DNA of 64,000 nt, from NCBI RefSeq assembly GCF_963921235.1, contig NC_086097.1, forward strand, positions 29,018,001 through 29,082,000, in the 5' to 3' direction. The position numbers and the translations under genes were made by a program. The notes below the pieces were generated by a model, which saw only the letters and a list, made by a program, of their open reading frames with translations, was not told where the DNA came from and made no database searches. Shown here piece after piece: positions 22,601-35,615 of the stretch (position 1 is its first letter; each line of letters starts with the position of its first letter). This stretch comes from Mobula hypostoma. Its lineage: Eukaryota.

Positions 22601-24414
22601 ATTGATTTTTTTCTCTATTCTCTAAGGAATAGATTATATTAGCTTTATTTATCACACGTACATGGAAACATACAGTGCAATGCATTTCTCTGCACCAATC
22701 AAATCACTGATGATTGTGCTGGGGGCAGCCCACAAGTGTCACCCTGCATCCAATACCAACATAGCATGTCCAGCAACTGACTAACCATAAGGCCATAAGA
22801 CATGGGAGCAGAATTGGACCATTCGACCTATCCATACATTCTTGGAATATGGGAGGAAACTGGAGTACTGGGATGAGGGTCATGGGGAGAACATTCAAAC
22901 TCTTCCAGACAGTGGTGGGAATTGAACTCCAGTGGGTGATCGCTGGCACTGTAAACCAATGTGCTAACCACTATGTTACTCTGCCATCCACACAAGGTGT
23001 GTTTTTCCTTCCTGCAGACTTATGGCACTGTATAGGCCCTTCTGCCCATCATGCCCATGCTACCCATTTTGCTCATTAACTTTAATCCCATTTCCTGCAT
23101 TGGCTGTATATCCCTCTAAACCCCTCCTATCCATGTTCTCATCCAATTGTCTTTTATATATTGTACCAGCCTCAAACACTCCTCTGGCAGTTTATTCCAA
23201 ATATCAACCATCTTCTGCTTGAAAAAGTTTCCCCTCAGGTCCCTTTTAAATCTTTTCCCACTCACTTTAAAACTATGCCCTCTAGTTCTTGGTTCCCTTT
23301 CCCTGGGGAAAAGACAGTATGCATTGCCTCAATCTATACCACTCTTTGTTTTATACACCACTATAAGATCACCTCTCAATCTCCTGCATTCCGAGGAATA
23401 GAAGTCCAGCCTCCCAACCTCTCCCTCTGGCTCAGACCCTAGAGTCCTGGAAACATCCTCGTAAATCTCCTCTGCACTCTTCCCAGTTTAATGATGTCTT
23501 TCCTATAAAAGGTGACCTCAATGCTGTGCTCAGTTTTGGTAGATTTACTTTTAAGAATTCTGAACTTCTCTACTCAGTGAGCTAGGCTAAATTTGAACTC
23601 ACCCCGATATGTTCAAGCCAAACAAGAGGATGTACATGATTGAATATTGCCTACAGTAGGTTGTTAGGTGAGGGGGGGGGGAGTGCATTATATATTACTG
23701 AGCCAAGGCAGAGTTAAACTACTGTTGGATTCTGATGCTTTTGCAAGTCAGAAGTGAGGCATAAAACTTGTGGCTTATAGCCATTTCATTAAACATTACA
23801 GGAGCAAAGAAAAAAACAAACTAAAAGCAGTTGTGGTCTTCTCATACTCAGACTAGTGATAACAGCATTTCAATGATAACAAATAACCTATAAAATAGCC
23901 AGATTCAAGTGGTGTGACCCGCTAATGAAAACTAAGACGTTTCTAAAAAAAAATACAGAAGCAACTGTACAGTGATTCCTGGAAAATTCACTGAACAGTT
24001 TCATGTATATATAATAGATAATCATATGAAAATACAAGCAAACACAGGAAAGTTAAACTACAAGAAAAATAACAATTCTACACTTCAATCCAACACAACG
24101 AGAGCGGTCAATTCAGTTGAATAGCAGAACGGCTTGTTAAGGTAACTGGGCAAATCTTTAACATTATCTCATCGCTTTTAACACAATATTTCTGCTGCAC
24201 ATTGACTTTGCATAAACTTCTCCTTTTTATTACAGTTCAGTGCTGGAGGTGCTTGATGTCACAACCTCAGAATAGAGGCACTTCCATTTAGAACAAAGAT
24301 GAGGAATTTCTTTAACAAGAGGGTGGGGAACCTATGGAATTCATTACCATGGACGGCTGTGGTGGTCAAGTCATTGAGTATATTTAAAGCGAAGGTTGAT
24401 ATGTTCTTGGTTTG

Positions 24415-25075
24415 AGACGTGGAGAAGTACAGCACGGAAACAGGCCCTTTGGCCCATCCAGTCTGTGCTGAGCCATTTAAACTGCCTACTCCCATTAACC
24501 TGCACCAGGACTGTAGTCCTTCACAGCCCTATCGTCCATGTACCTATCCAAACCTTTCACCCTTAACCCATGACCTCTGGTTGTAGTCCCTCCCAACCTC
24601 AGTAGAAAAAGCCTGCTGGCATTTACCCTATCTATACCCCTTATCATTTTGTATACATCTATTAAATCTCCTCTCAATCTTGTATGTTCCAAGGAATAAA
24701 AGTCGAATCTATTCCATCTTTCCAGACCTGGCAACATCCTTGAAATTTCCTCTGTACTCTTTCAACCTTATTTACATCTTTCCTGTAGATAGATGAGAAA
24801 AACTGCACATGGTACTCCAAATTAGGCATCACTGATGTCTTGTATAACTTCAACATAACATCCCATCTCCTCTCCTCAATACTTTGGCCAATGAGCCAAA
24901 AACTGTCTTTACAACCCTATCAAACTGTGACGCCACTTTCAATGAATTATGGACCTGTATTCCCAGATCCCTTTGTTCTACCACACCCCTCAGTGCCCGA
25001 CCGTTCACTGCGTAAGACCTACCCTGATTGGTCCTACTGAAGTGCAACACCTTGCACTTGTCTGCTTTAAATTCC
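24415..25075 (-). mobile_element. CR1 LINE 3' fragment
   Basis: Minus-strand ORFs MLKLYKTSVMPNLEYHVQF and RLRGDLIDVYKMIRG. Confidence 0.75.
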
Positions 25076-26214
25076 AGGTTAGTCAGGGTGTCAAAGGTTA
25101 CTGGAAGAAGGCAGGAGAATGGGGTTGCGAGGAATAATAAATCTGCTGTGATGGACTGGCATGGTGGGCCAAGGGGCTTAACTCTGCCCTTATGTCTTAA
25201 GAATCTCATTGAAACCTACCGAATATTGAAAGGCCTAGATAGTGGACGTAGCATGGATGTTGCCTATAGTGGAGGAGTCTAGGACCAGAGAGCACAGTGT
25301 CAGAATGCAAGAATGTCCCTTTAGAACAGAAATGATGAGGAATTTATTTAGCCAGAGGGTGGAAAACCTGTGGAATTTATTGCCACAGATGGTTTTGGAG
25401 GTTAAGTCATTGGGCTTTTTGAAAGCAGTAGTTGATAGGTTCTTGATTAGAAAGGGCGTTGGATGTTATGGAGCGAAGGCAGGATAATGGGGATGAGAGA
25501 GATAATAAATCAGCGATGGTCGAGTGGCAGAGGAGACCCAGTGGTCTAAATGGCCTAATTTTAACCCTATGTTTTATGGTCTATCTGCACATCCATTTAC
25601 AAGAGGATGCTGTGGACTCCTGTAAAAAAGTAAATAGGAAGAGTTAACTCCAGTGAACCTTTTGGATATTGCCAACTAATTACAAAGCAGAAATAGACTG
25701 GGTTAATTTTTCCTGATTTGGAGGTGTCTGGGAATGAACCTGTAGAGGTAGACAAAATTAGCTAGTGTAGTGAGGCCCGAAGGTCGGTCCAAAGGCTTGT
25801 TTCCAAGGTCAGAGGTCTGCAAGTCTGACCAGGGAATGGAGGTTGGAGGCCCAACATCTGCAAACCTGGGGCCAAGGACTGTTGGTCAGGGGCCCAGAGG
25901 TGGCCTGTCTATATGTGAGTGGATGGGTGGGCGAGAGGGTGAGAAAGGGGCTTGTTTTGCTGTTGAGATGGATCGGCCATGATCAAACGGTAGAACAGAT
26001 TCAATGGGCTGAATGGCCTAATTGTGCTCCTGTGTCTTATGGTCTTGTATTAAATGCTGCAATGTAAATTTATTATTGTAACTTACAACCTTGTGCTGAA
26101 ATGCCAAGGAACAGGGAAGGATAATTATAAATATGTCATTAGAAATTCACTTGTCATTGTTTTACTGCCCGATTGTATCCATTTAAGGACTCTACAAAGT
26201 GCCACAGCCAGTGA

Positions 26215-27285
26215 GAGAGACACAAAATGCAGAGGTCAGAAGGGAATAAGTGGTCAACATTTCAGGCCAAGGCAGTCTATCATGACTAGAAAGGAAGGAG
26301 TAAGAAGCCAGAAGAAGAAGATGGGGGAGGAGGGGGACGAGTACAAACTGGCAAGTGATGGGTGAGACCAAGTGGGTGTGGGAGAGGGGGAATGAAGTAA
26401 GAAGCTGGGAGGTGATGGGTCAAAGAAGTTAAAGGCTGAAGAAGAAGGAACCTGATAGGAGAGTGAACCGTGGAATAAAGAGCAGGAGGAGGGGAACCAG
26501 AGGGAGGCGATGGGCTTGTGAGAAGGGTATGAGGAGAGCCAGAATAGAGAATTGAAAAAGAGGGAAGAGGAAGAAATTGTATGCTGAAAGGGATATTTCC
26601 ATTAACGAGAAAATCTGCAGATGCTGGAAATATGAGCAACACACAGAGAGTGCTGGAGGAACTCAGCAGGCATTACAAATGCTACACCTGCCCCTACACC
26701 ACCTCCCTCACTACCATCTAGGGCCCTAAAACAGTCCTTCCAGGTGAGGTCACACTTCACCTGTGAGTCTGTTGGGGTCACGTATTGTGTTTGGTGCTCC
26801 CGATGTGGCTTCCTTTACATCGGTGAGACCCGACATAGATTGGGAGACCACTTCGCTGAGTATCTATTCTTCATCCGTCAGAACAAGTGGGATCTCCCAG
26901 TGGCCACCCATTTTAATTCCACGTTCCATTCCCATTCCAATATGTCCATCCATGGCGTCCTCCACTGCTGTGATGACCACACTCAGGTTGGAGGAACAAC
27001 ACCTTATATTCCGTTTGGGTAGCCTCCAACCTGAAGGCATGACATTGATTTATCAAACTTGTGGTAATGCCTCCCAGCCCCCCAACCTCTTTTCCCTCTC
27101 TCACTTCATCTCACCAGTCAACTTCTCAGCTTTTTACTTCAACCCTCCCCCTCCCGGTTTCAGCTTTCACCTGGTGATTCTCTCTCCCTTCCCGCCACCT
27201 TTTAAATCTTCTCCTCAGCCTTTTTTTCTCCTGGTCTGCTGGGTTCCTCCAGCATTTTGTGTGTGTTGCTTGAATATTTCCATTT
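26215..27285 (+). mobile_element. Penelope-like element: inverted terminal-repeat copy plus GIY-YIG endonuclease remnant and 3' repeat
   Basis: ORF 26744 HFTCESVGVTYCVWCSRCGFLYIGETRHRLGDHFAE and RLEEQHLIFRLGSLQPEGM; purine-rich 26215-26570 is the reverse complement of the pyrimidine-rich terminal repeat. Confidence 0.85.
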
Positions 27286-28305
27286 CACAGCCAATGATAC
27301 ATTTTGAATTGAGGCCTCTCTTAGGAAATGCAATTGGCAACAAATGGCAGAATGATAACGAGAAAATCAGTAATGTTGGTAATGCTGGGTGAATAGATAC
27401 ATATTGGCCAGAGCATCCAAATCTACTCCCCGTTCCTCTTTAAGTGGTGTCGTGGAATCTGTAATTCAGGAGGGAAGATGGAGCCTTGGTTTAATGTCTT
27501 ATCAAAGATTTCTCCTCTGCTGATTCAGCAGAGCCCTGCACGCAGTTGTCAGTGAAGATTCTGGAGAGGCTTCCCATTCACTCCAATCGAGGGGTCATTG
27601 AAGGTTCCGGGTTAGCGTGGCGTGGTAGCATAGCAGCTAGTGTAACGGTTTACAGTGCCAGTAGTCAGAGTTCAATTTCCTCCACTGTTTGTAAGGAGTT
27701 CGTACGTTCTCCCTGTGACTGCATAGGTTTCTTCCACGTGTTCTGGTTTCCCTCCACATTTCAAAGACAAATGGGTTAGTAAGTTGTTGGGACCAGAACA
27801 TGGCAACACCTGTGGGCTGCCCCCAGAGCATCCTCACACTGTGTTGATCATTGACGTTTAGATCACAGAACAGTGCAGCACACAATGTTGTGCCGACCTT
27901 TTCACCTACTATCTAACCATTCTCTTTCACAGTTCTCCATTTTTCTATCATCTCTAACAGTCACTTAAATGTTTCTAATGTATCTGCCTCTACCACAATC
28001 CCAGCTGAGTGTTCAGTGCGTCTACCGCTCTCTGTGTATTTAAAAAAAACCTTACTTCTGACATTGCCCTCCCCTATACTTTCCTCCCATCACCTTAAAA
28101 CTATCTCTACCCTGGGAAAAAGTCTCTGGCTATCCGCTCTCTCTATGCCTCTTATCTCTTATCAAGTCACCTCTCATTCTCCTTTGCCCTGAAGAAAAAA
28201 GCCCCAGGTCACTCAGCCTTTCTTCACTGTCTGCTCGATGTACATGTGACAAATAATGTTTACTTTTATCTTTCCCGTGTGTGAACCTGCTTGTTTTCTC
28301 TCCAG

Positions 28306-28748
28306 GTTATGACTGCTTATACAAACGGCGCACTGGCATCAAGACAGATGGGTGTGCTGTGTGCTTTAAGCGGGACCGGTTTAGTTTAGTCTCTGAGCAC
28401 CCTGTGGAATATTTCCGACCCATTGTGGAAACGTTGAACAGGGACAATGTGGCACTGCTGGCTTTGCTCCGGCCCCTAACTCCAGGCTCCGGCCAAGACG
28501 CCTCAAAGCTGCCCGACATCTGCGTGGCGAACACTCACCTCATCTTCAACCCGAGGCGGGGGGACATCAAACTCACCCAGCTAGCTGTGTTGTTTGCTGA
28601 AATTCAGCAGGTGGTGCAGGCAGCTCAGAGTGATGGCACACCTTGCCCCATCATCCTCTGTGGGGATCTGAACTCTGTCCCAGACTCCCCTCTGTATAAA
28701 CTCATCTGCAATGGAGAGCTGTACTATTATGGAATACCTACCTGGAAG
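28306..28748 (+). CDS. ANGEL1: ANGEL1 exon 5 (YKRRTGIKTDGCA...VANTHLIFNPRRGDIKLTQ...IILCGDLNS...IPTWK)
   Basis: Acceptor TTTTCTCTCCAG; donor AAG|GTAAGG; EEP motifs ANTH and GDLN. Confidence 0.97.
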
Positions 28749-29327
28749 GTAAGGAGGCAGCATGAGATTTCAGTATTTCCAAAGCTATCATTAGAGTCAT
28801 AGAGCCCTGCAGTACAGAAACAGTCTGTGTTAACTAACTCTGCCAAGTCCCATTGACCTGCACCTGGACCATAACCCTCCATACCCCTCCATCCATATAC
28901 TTATCCAAACTTAAGTGTTGAAGTCAAACCTGCATCCACTTGTTCTGCTGGCAGCTTATTCTATGCTCTCACCACCTTCTGAGTGAAGTTCCCCTTAAAC
29001 GTTTCACCTTTCATCCTTAACCCATGACCTCAGGTTCTAATCTCACCCAACCTCAGTGAAAAAGCCTGCTTGCGTTTACCCGAATTATACCCCTCATAAT
29101 TTTGTGATGCTATCAAATTGTACTTCATTCTCCTATGCTCCAGGGAATAAGGTCTGAACTTATTCAGCCTTTCTCTATAATGCAAGTCCTCACGTCCCAG
29201 CAACATCACTGTAAATTATTTCAATCTTACTGTACAACTTCCCAGGTTTTTCTGTAATGAGATGCCTCTGGCCCTTTTGCTGAGAGGATGCCAGTGATCT
29301 GTTTTATTATAATTAATGTTTCGGCAG

Positions 29328-29454
29328 GTATCCTGTCAGGAGGATTACTCTTATCAGTTTTGTCCGAGGAAACTCTACGGTCCTCTGTGGCCGAGCAGAC
29401 TCAGGATAACTGACAACTGTCAGTATGTCGGCGTGTGTGAGAAGAAGACTACAG
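29328..29454 (+). CDS. ANGEL1: ANGEL1 exon 6 (VSCQEDYSYQFCPRKLYGPLWPSRLRITDNCQY...)
   Basis: Acceptor TTTCGGCAG; donor ACAG|GTTAGT; Angel-type VSxQE...PLWP...ITDxCQY. Confidence 0.93.
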
Positions 29455-31190
29455 GTTAGTTACAGATCTCCCCATGCGATGCTGTGCTGCTTTCTGGTAC
29501 TCTTTCCTTTCTGTTGGTGGGTATTTTAGGACTGAGATTTTGTCTCATTATTCCTTTAAAATGCCTTCCCTCTGCAAAGCCTCATTTTTATTTATGGATA
29601 CAGCTTGGTAACAGGCCATTCTGGCCCAAGGAGCCCATGCTGCCTAACTACATCCATGTGACCAATTAACCTGCTGACCTGTATGTCTTTGGAATTTTGG
29701 GAGGAAACCAGAGCACCCTGAGGAAACCCATGCAATCACAGAGAGAATGTACAAAGTTCTTGCAGACAGTGGTAAAATCGAACCTGGCTGCTGGCACTAG
29801 AATAGTGTTGCGCTAACAACTATGCTGCTATGCCACGCTATTTTCCTTGATCCTCTTCCCAAATGTTGCTCCAGTTCACTTTGCATCTAATTGCTTTTGG
29901 AGAAAGGTAGTCATGAATTGTATTTTGGTGAGACACCACGGGAATGCTAATGGTAACATAGAACAGGTCAGGAATAGGACCTTCGGTCTACCATGCTGAC
30001 CGTGATGTCAATTGAAACTACTCCCATCTGCCTGCACATGGTCTGGTTCACTCTATTTTTTTAAAGATCAGCTTTATTTGTCACCCACACATTGAAAAAT
30101 ACTATGAAATGCATTGTTTGTGGCAATGACCAACACAGTTGAAGGATATGCTAAGGGTAGCTCACCGTGCTTCTGGTGACAACATAGTATGCCCACAACT
30201 CATTAAACTTAACCTGCACGTCTGTGGAATGTGAGGGGGAGCCCGAGCACCCGAGGGGAAACCCATGTGCTATGAGTAGAATGTACATACTCCTTACAGA
30301 CAGCGGCAGGAATTAAACCCAGTTGCTGATCACTGGCGCAGTAAAGCATTACGCTAATTGCTACTGTTGAAAATGTCTAAATGCCTCCCAAATGTTGTCA
30401 TTATATCTTATTTCACCCCTCTCTCCCCCCCCCCCCCCGGTGTTGGGTGTTGTATCCCAGGTATTTGTGTGTGTGTGTGTGTGTTTTTAAAAACTTGTCT
30501 TGAAATCTCCATCGTCCCTATTTCCCTTCTTTTCCCTTTTGAAACAGGAACATCACTACCTATTCCTCAGTCTCCCAGTACCTCCCCTATGGCTAAAAAG
30601 AATTGAGATATCTATCATTTATAGTCTCACTTGCTTTGGTAGATCTCATCGGTGTTTTTCAAGACATCCAGCACCACTTACTGCTCTAGAACAGTGTTTC
30701 CCAAACTTTTTTTTTAGCCCAATGCCCCCCAAAACACTTCAAACTTGCCAATGCCCCACTAAAGCACCTTCATACTTGCCAACACCCCTCAGGCATGGTA
30801 TACTTTCCGGTGCCCCTTAAATGTAAAAACATATCTACCATATGCTAACATGAGAAAATGATTCTGCTTTAAATTTTTATTTGTCGTTAAAGTTGGCTTA
30901 CACAGTACCTGTGTACTGTACAGCAGCTTCAATACCAATGTGATCATTGAGCTTGATGATTTTTACAAAGAGTTGAAATATCTGGTTCAAGTTGTCAGCA
31001 AAAGCCTTAAGTCCCCACGTGTAACAATGTCCAGATGGTTTCTGGTTGTTTTTATTGTGAGTGTGTGGTTCACTGCACTGCACTACCTTTCAACAAGGTA
31101 GGAGGATGGAAGTGCAATGAAGGGCAGTTTGGCTCTTCTCCAAAGACCAGGAAACTTCGTATTACAGTGTAGCCACATACCACAAAATCC

Positions 31191-33235
31191 TTCTTTTTCA
31201 ATCTTTTTATTAGTATCATAATGATAAACATAACATAGTATTAATACAAAGTTATTGGGATTACATTGTTATAATTAACATATTTAAATATAAACCCAGT
31301 TGGCACACGGGTATTAAACCTCCCACTCGTACAAGATACAAATATAATAGACAAAAAAAAACATGAAAAAGGAGAAGGAAAAAAATACCTCAAAAGAAAA
31401 ACTAATCTAAACAATGCTAACCAACTAAACTAAGAGAGAAAAAGACATGGGCTGTTGTGTAATGTCAAAAAAAAGAACCATTAGTGTCGTTGACTCTGCT
31501 CCTCTCAACGTATATTAAAAAGAAATAGGTTTGGAAAAGGTCAAATTACATCATATGGAAGTGTTGAATAAATGGCCTCCACGTCTTTTCGAATTTAATA
31601 GAGGGATCATAACTTCTAATTTTTTCGAAGTTTAAACACAACATAGTTTGAGAGAACCAATGAAATGTGGTGGGAGGATTGATCTCTTTCCAATTCAGCA
31701 AAATGGATCTTCTCGCCATTAATGTAAGAAATGCAATCATCCGACGAGCTGAAGAGGTTAAATGATTTAGTTCTATCATTGGTAACCCAAAAATTGCGGT
31801 AATAGGGTGAAGTTGTAAATCAATACTCAGAACAGTTGAAATAATATCAAAAATATCTTTCCGGTATTTTTTTCAAAAAAGGACATGACCAAAACATATG
31901 AGTTAAAGAAGCTATCTCAGAGTGACATCTATTGCATACAGGATTTATATGAGAGTAATAATGAGCTAATTTATCCTTAGACATATGGGCCCTATGCACT
32001 CCTTTAAACTGTATCAACGCATGTTTAGCACATATAAGACCATAAGACATAGGAGCAGGATTAGGCCATTTGGCCCATCAAGTCTGCTCCACCATTCAGT
32101 CATGGTTGATCCTTCTTTCTTCTCCGCAACCCCATTCCCTGGCCTTCTCCCTATAACCTTTGATGCCGTATCTAATCCAAACATAAGACCATAAGACACA
32201 GGAGCAGAGCTGACCCTTCAAAGTAACTGATCAAGATCGTCCAGCAATATCATCTGCAAACTTACTAACTGTGAAAAAGGATCTATTGCTTTCCCAGCAT
32301 ATATGATGAATAAACCTTTCTCGTGCTTCCAGCCGGGTACAGGTATCGATTTTTTTTTTAAGGTTTTCGGATATTTTTATTGTGAAGCAACATCAGCTTA
32401 ACCACAACCGACAATATCCTAAAGTACAACACTTCTTTTTTCTTTTCTTTCTTATAACAACATAATGAAAGTCAAATGAATGTATGTACAGTAAACAAGC
32501 AAAAAGCAAAGGAAACCCTACCACCTCATCTCCTTTCCCCTTCTCAGCCCTACCCTCCCCTCATCCCTCCCGTATGTGCTGTTTAGGTCCTACCGCCCCC
32601 CACACTTAGTTCAGCTGTCGGTCTCTTCTAAATACAACGTAATGGTTGCCAGATTTTTTCAAATTCCTTGAGTCTGTCCTTGATAACGTATTTTATCCTC
32701 TCTAGATGCAGAGTATCCATTAATGCCACCAGCCATTGTCTGAGTGATGGAGTTTCCTCCTTTTTCCAGAACATCAGTATGAGTTTCTTTCCATTAAGTA
32801 TGCCATAGGTCAGGAGTTGTTGCTGGGTAGCCTGGAATTTGTTTGACCTCGCAGAAGTTCCAAAAATTATTAAAATGGGGTCTGGTATTATCTGAACCTT
32901 TAGTACCTTCGATAGGATCTCAAATATTTGCTTCCAATACTCTTGTATCCTGGGACATAAAGCATAACTATGTAACAAATTTGCCTCCGAGGACTGGCAT
33001 TTCTCACACACTGGGGACACCTCTGGGAATATTTTATGAATCCTTACTTTTGAGTAGTCTATGTAGGATGGATAACTAATTGAAGAATTTTTTCCCATTT
33101 TTCAATAGGTAAAGTAATCTGACAGAGTTGAATGGCCGTATTTATTTAGTGTGCTTGAGAAATTTAATTTTAGTCCGATATTTATATCTTGGATTAAATT
33201 GATATATCATACCCCTGTAGCTTCAGATTTTACTA
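31191..33235 (-). mobile_element. 5'-truncated, 5'-inverted L1 (related to the 14.2-20.2 kb element) with further inserts at ~32034-33073
   Basis: TSD ATACCACAAA(A/C)TCC at 31177-31190 and 33236-33249; minus-strand ICAKHALIQFK...HMFWSC...FIQHFHMM; resumes at 33074-33118 (TLPIEKWEKILQLV); + strand RT piece DRVEWPYLF at 33121-33235. Confidence 0.85.
32350..33050 (-). mobile_element. 3' end of a second L1 family nested inside the first
   Basis: ORF 32628-33098 CEKCQSSEANLLHSYALC...LERIKY...FEKIWQP; T-run at ~32350 marks the poly(A) tail. Confidence 0.8.
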
Positions 33236-35504
33236 ATACCACAAACTCCAACATTTCTGAAAAACATTTTTGCTTCTTCATCATTCTGAATTTTGATAAT
33301 TTCTTCTTGCAAGCTCTCTTCCTGCTCTTTCACCTTGCAAAGAAATGGGTTAATTGCCTTTTGACAGCTAACACACTTCAGTGTGAGGCAGCAATTGTAC
33401 AAACTTTTCATCATTATCTTGACATAACTGGCGAAATATTCTGCTATTTCATGGATGACCTTTAATTTTGTTGATAGCAGATATTGCAAGAGTCATGCTT
33501 GAAAAAAGTCGCTGGCTGAGATTTTTGGCCGCAAGATATTGACGAAGAATTATACAGTGGATTGCAAACAGACTTGGAGTTTCTTTTTTCATAAATGCCA
33601 CTAAACCAGCATGGCGACCTGTTGCACAAGAAATCATGCTCCTAATTGGAATTCTTTTATCCTCGATATACATTTTGAGCTCGTCGTAGATCAATTTTCT
33701 GTTGATGTTTGTTTTTAACTTTTTACAAAAGAGAATCTCTTCATAAACTTTTCCATTTTTGATAAACCATACATATGCCATTAGCAATGCCTTGTTGTCT
33801 CTCACAGTTGACTCATACAGTTGTATCCCACGTTCTGTTTGTTGTAGCTCTGCATAGTTGATGCTCGGTATCTTCACTTATTTCATCAATACGACAAACT
33901 ACAGTTATTACTCAGAGGAATTGATTTTAAAATACTGCTATCCATTTTGAGAACAGTGGTGAGCCCTTCTGATACATTATTAATCTTTCACCAATTGTAT
34001 GAGATTATCTAATGCTATCATTTTGGAAATGTTATAAGAAGCAATGAGACCACTTTCAAGGCCATTTTTAGTTTTCTTGACAAATGACTTGAGTGTGCAA
34101 CACTTTTCAAATGCTCCTTTCATCTTCTGGAACTGAGAAATACCATAAGTGGGCTTTCCATGGAAGTGTTCCTGCAATCTTGGTGGTTTCATGGCTTCAT
34201 TAGACAGTACAGTATCACAAATAAAGGCATTGCTGATCTGACGGCAATGGAATAAAACCGTACTCCAGGTATGTAACATTTCTGTAGACCCACCTTTCGT
34301 CGTTTCTGTTTCTTAGCGGGATTAGAATTCAAGACTTCAGCACCTTCAGACTCAGAGATTACATCGTATGTATTTATCGTCATTAACAGGGCTAAATTTA
34401 AATTAAAAATGAACACTAACTGGGAATGTCTATCGGATGTTGACGATGGCAGCGAATTTACACAGAAGGAACGGTGGTAGTGGCACACAAAGGTGAAGAT
34501 GAAAACGATCACAACAGCAAAAAAATTATGTTGGCAAGGATTCAGTTTGGAATCTGAATGTTAGTTGGGATGGAGCGGGTGTTCAGCAAGCTGCATGTAT
34601 ACTATTCCAGTTATCGTGATTGGGGATTACGAAGCTCTCATAATCCCCAAAAAATGGTTCTTGACTGCAAAATAAAGCCAAGGTCACTTTGAACTGCTCA
34701 GTAGGAATCCTCAGGGTAGGCAGGTTCACTGATTAGCTCTATTGCACCATTTGGTTCTGGCAGTGCTGCATCATTGAATAACCTGTTTTCCACTGATCTG
34801 TAGAGAAGGTTGAGAGGGTGTACTTGACTTTACCAACTGTTAAATTGCATGAACTTGTTCCGTGCCATGAGTCAAGAGGAAGTGTTGGGCACCCTGGTTG
34901 CTAATTTATGAATCCCCAGTAATGTCTGTTTGGTTGGTAAGGTTGGGTGAGATTGCTGAGTTCCAGTGGCTTTGTGCTGACGAGTCTCACAACTTGCAGA
35001 GCTATAGTTGTTCCTGTGTTCCAGTGCCTCATCCTTTTTTTTTTGTAAGTGCCTGCTCTACCAACGGTCAGTCAGACCTCGTGCCGCAAGTTGGGGTGCT
35101 GCTTACCCACCCCCCAAGAATCTTGAACACTCCCACTCATATAGACAGGCTTCCAACCCCAGGCCTCTGGGCCTCTGACCAGCAGTCCTTGTCCCCAGAT
35201 TTGCAGATGTCGGGCCTCCAAATTCAATTCTCTGGTCAGACTTGCAGACCTGTGTCCTTGGACACAAGCCTTTGGACCAATCTTTGGGCCTCACAACACT
35301 AGCTAACTTTGTCTAGCTCTACAGGTTCATTCCCAGCTGCCTCCAACTCAGGGAAAACTAACCCAGTCTTTTGCTGCTTTGTAATTCGTTGGTAATATCC
35401 ATTGGGATTAACTTTTTGTATCTGTCTTGTTACAGGATTCCACAGCATCCTCTTGTTATTCCAGCAGTGACCTGGCAGTGACTGATTGTGTTTTATGTCT
35501 TCAG

Positions 35505-35615
35505 GAATACGGAGGTATGGCCGTGAGTTCCTCCTCCAGTTTCGATACTCCACACCAGCACTTGTGCGGCCAGAGCATCTTGATTTTATTGAAGGCGTAA
35601 CGGATGCTAAACCAG
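35505..35615 (+). CDS. ANGEL1: ANGEL1 exon 7 (IRRYGREFLLQFRYSTPALVRPEHLDFIEGVTDAKP), carries the eIF4E-binding YxxxxLL motif
   Basis: Acceptor TTTTATGTCTTCAG; donor CCAG|GTATAG; YGREFLL motif is characteristic of ANGEL1 rather than ANGEL2; 111 nt, phase 1-1. Confidence 0.92.

Larger units (their letters stand above)
30692..34400 (-). mobile_element. Decayed hAT (Charlie/Buster-like) DNA transposon, interrupted by L1 at 31191-33235
   Basis: CTCTAGAA followed by TIR-like CAGTGTTTCCCAAAC at 30692; transposase fragments LSNEAMKPPRLQEH, FAIHCIILRQYLAAKNLS, and FIALPSSYLVE near 31100; second TIR not found. Confidence 0.75.

Noticed and set aside
28281..28802. Calling the gene ANGEL2, nocturnin, CNOT6 or PDE12
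   Set aside because: The N-terminal leader and the YGREFLL exon point to ANGEL1, and no LRR domain is present.
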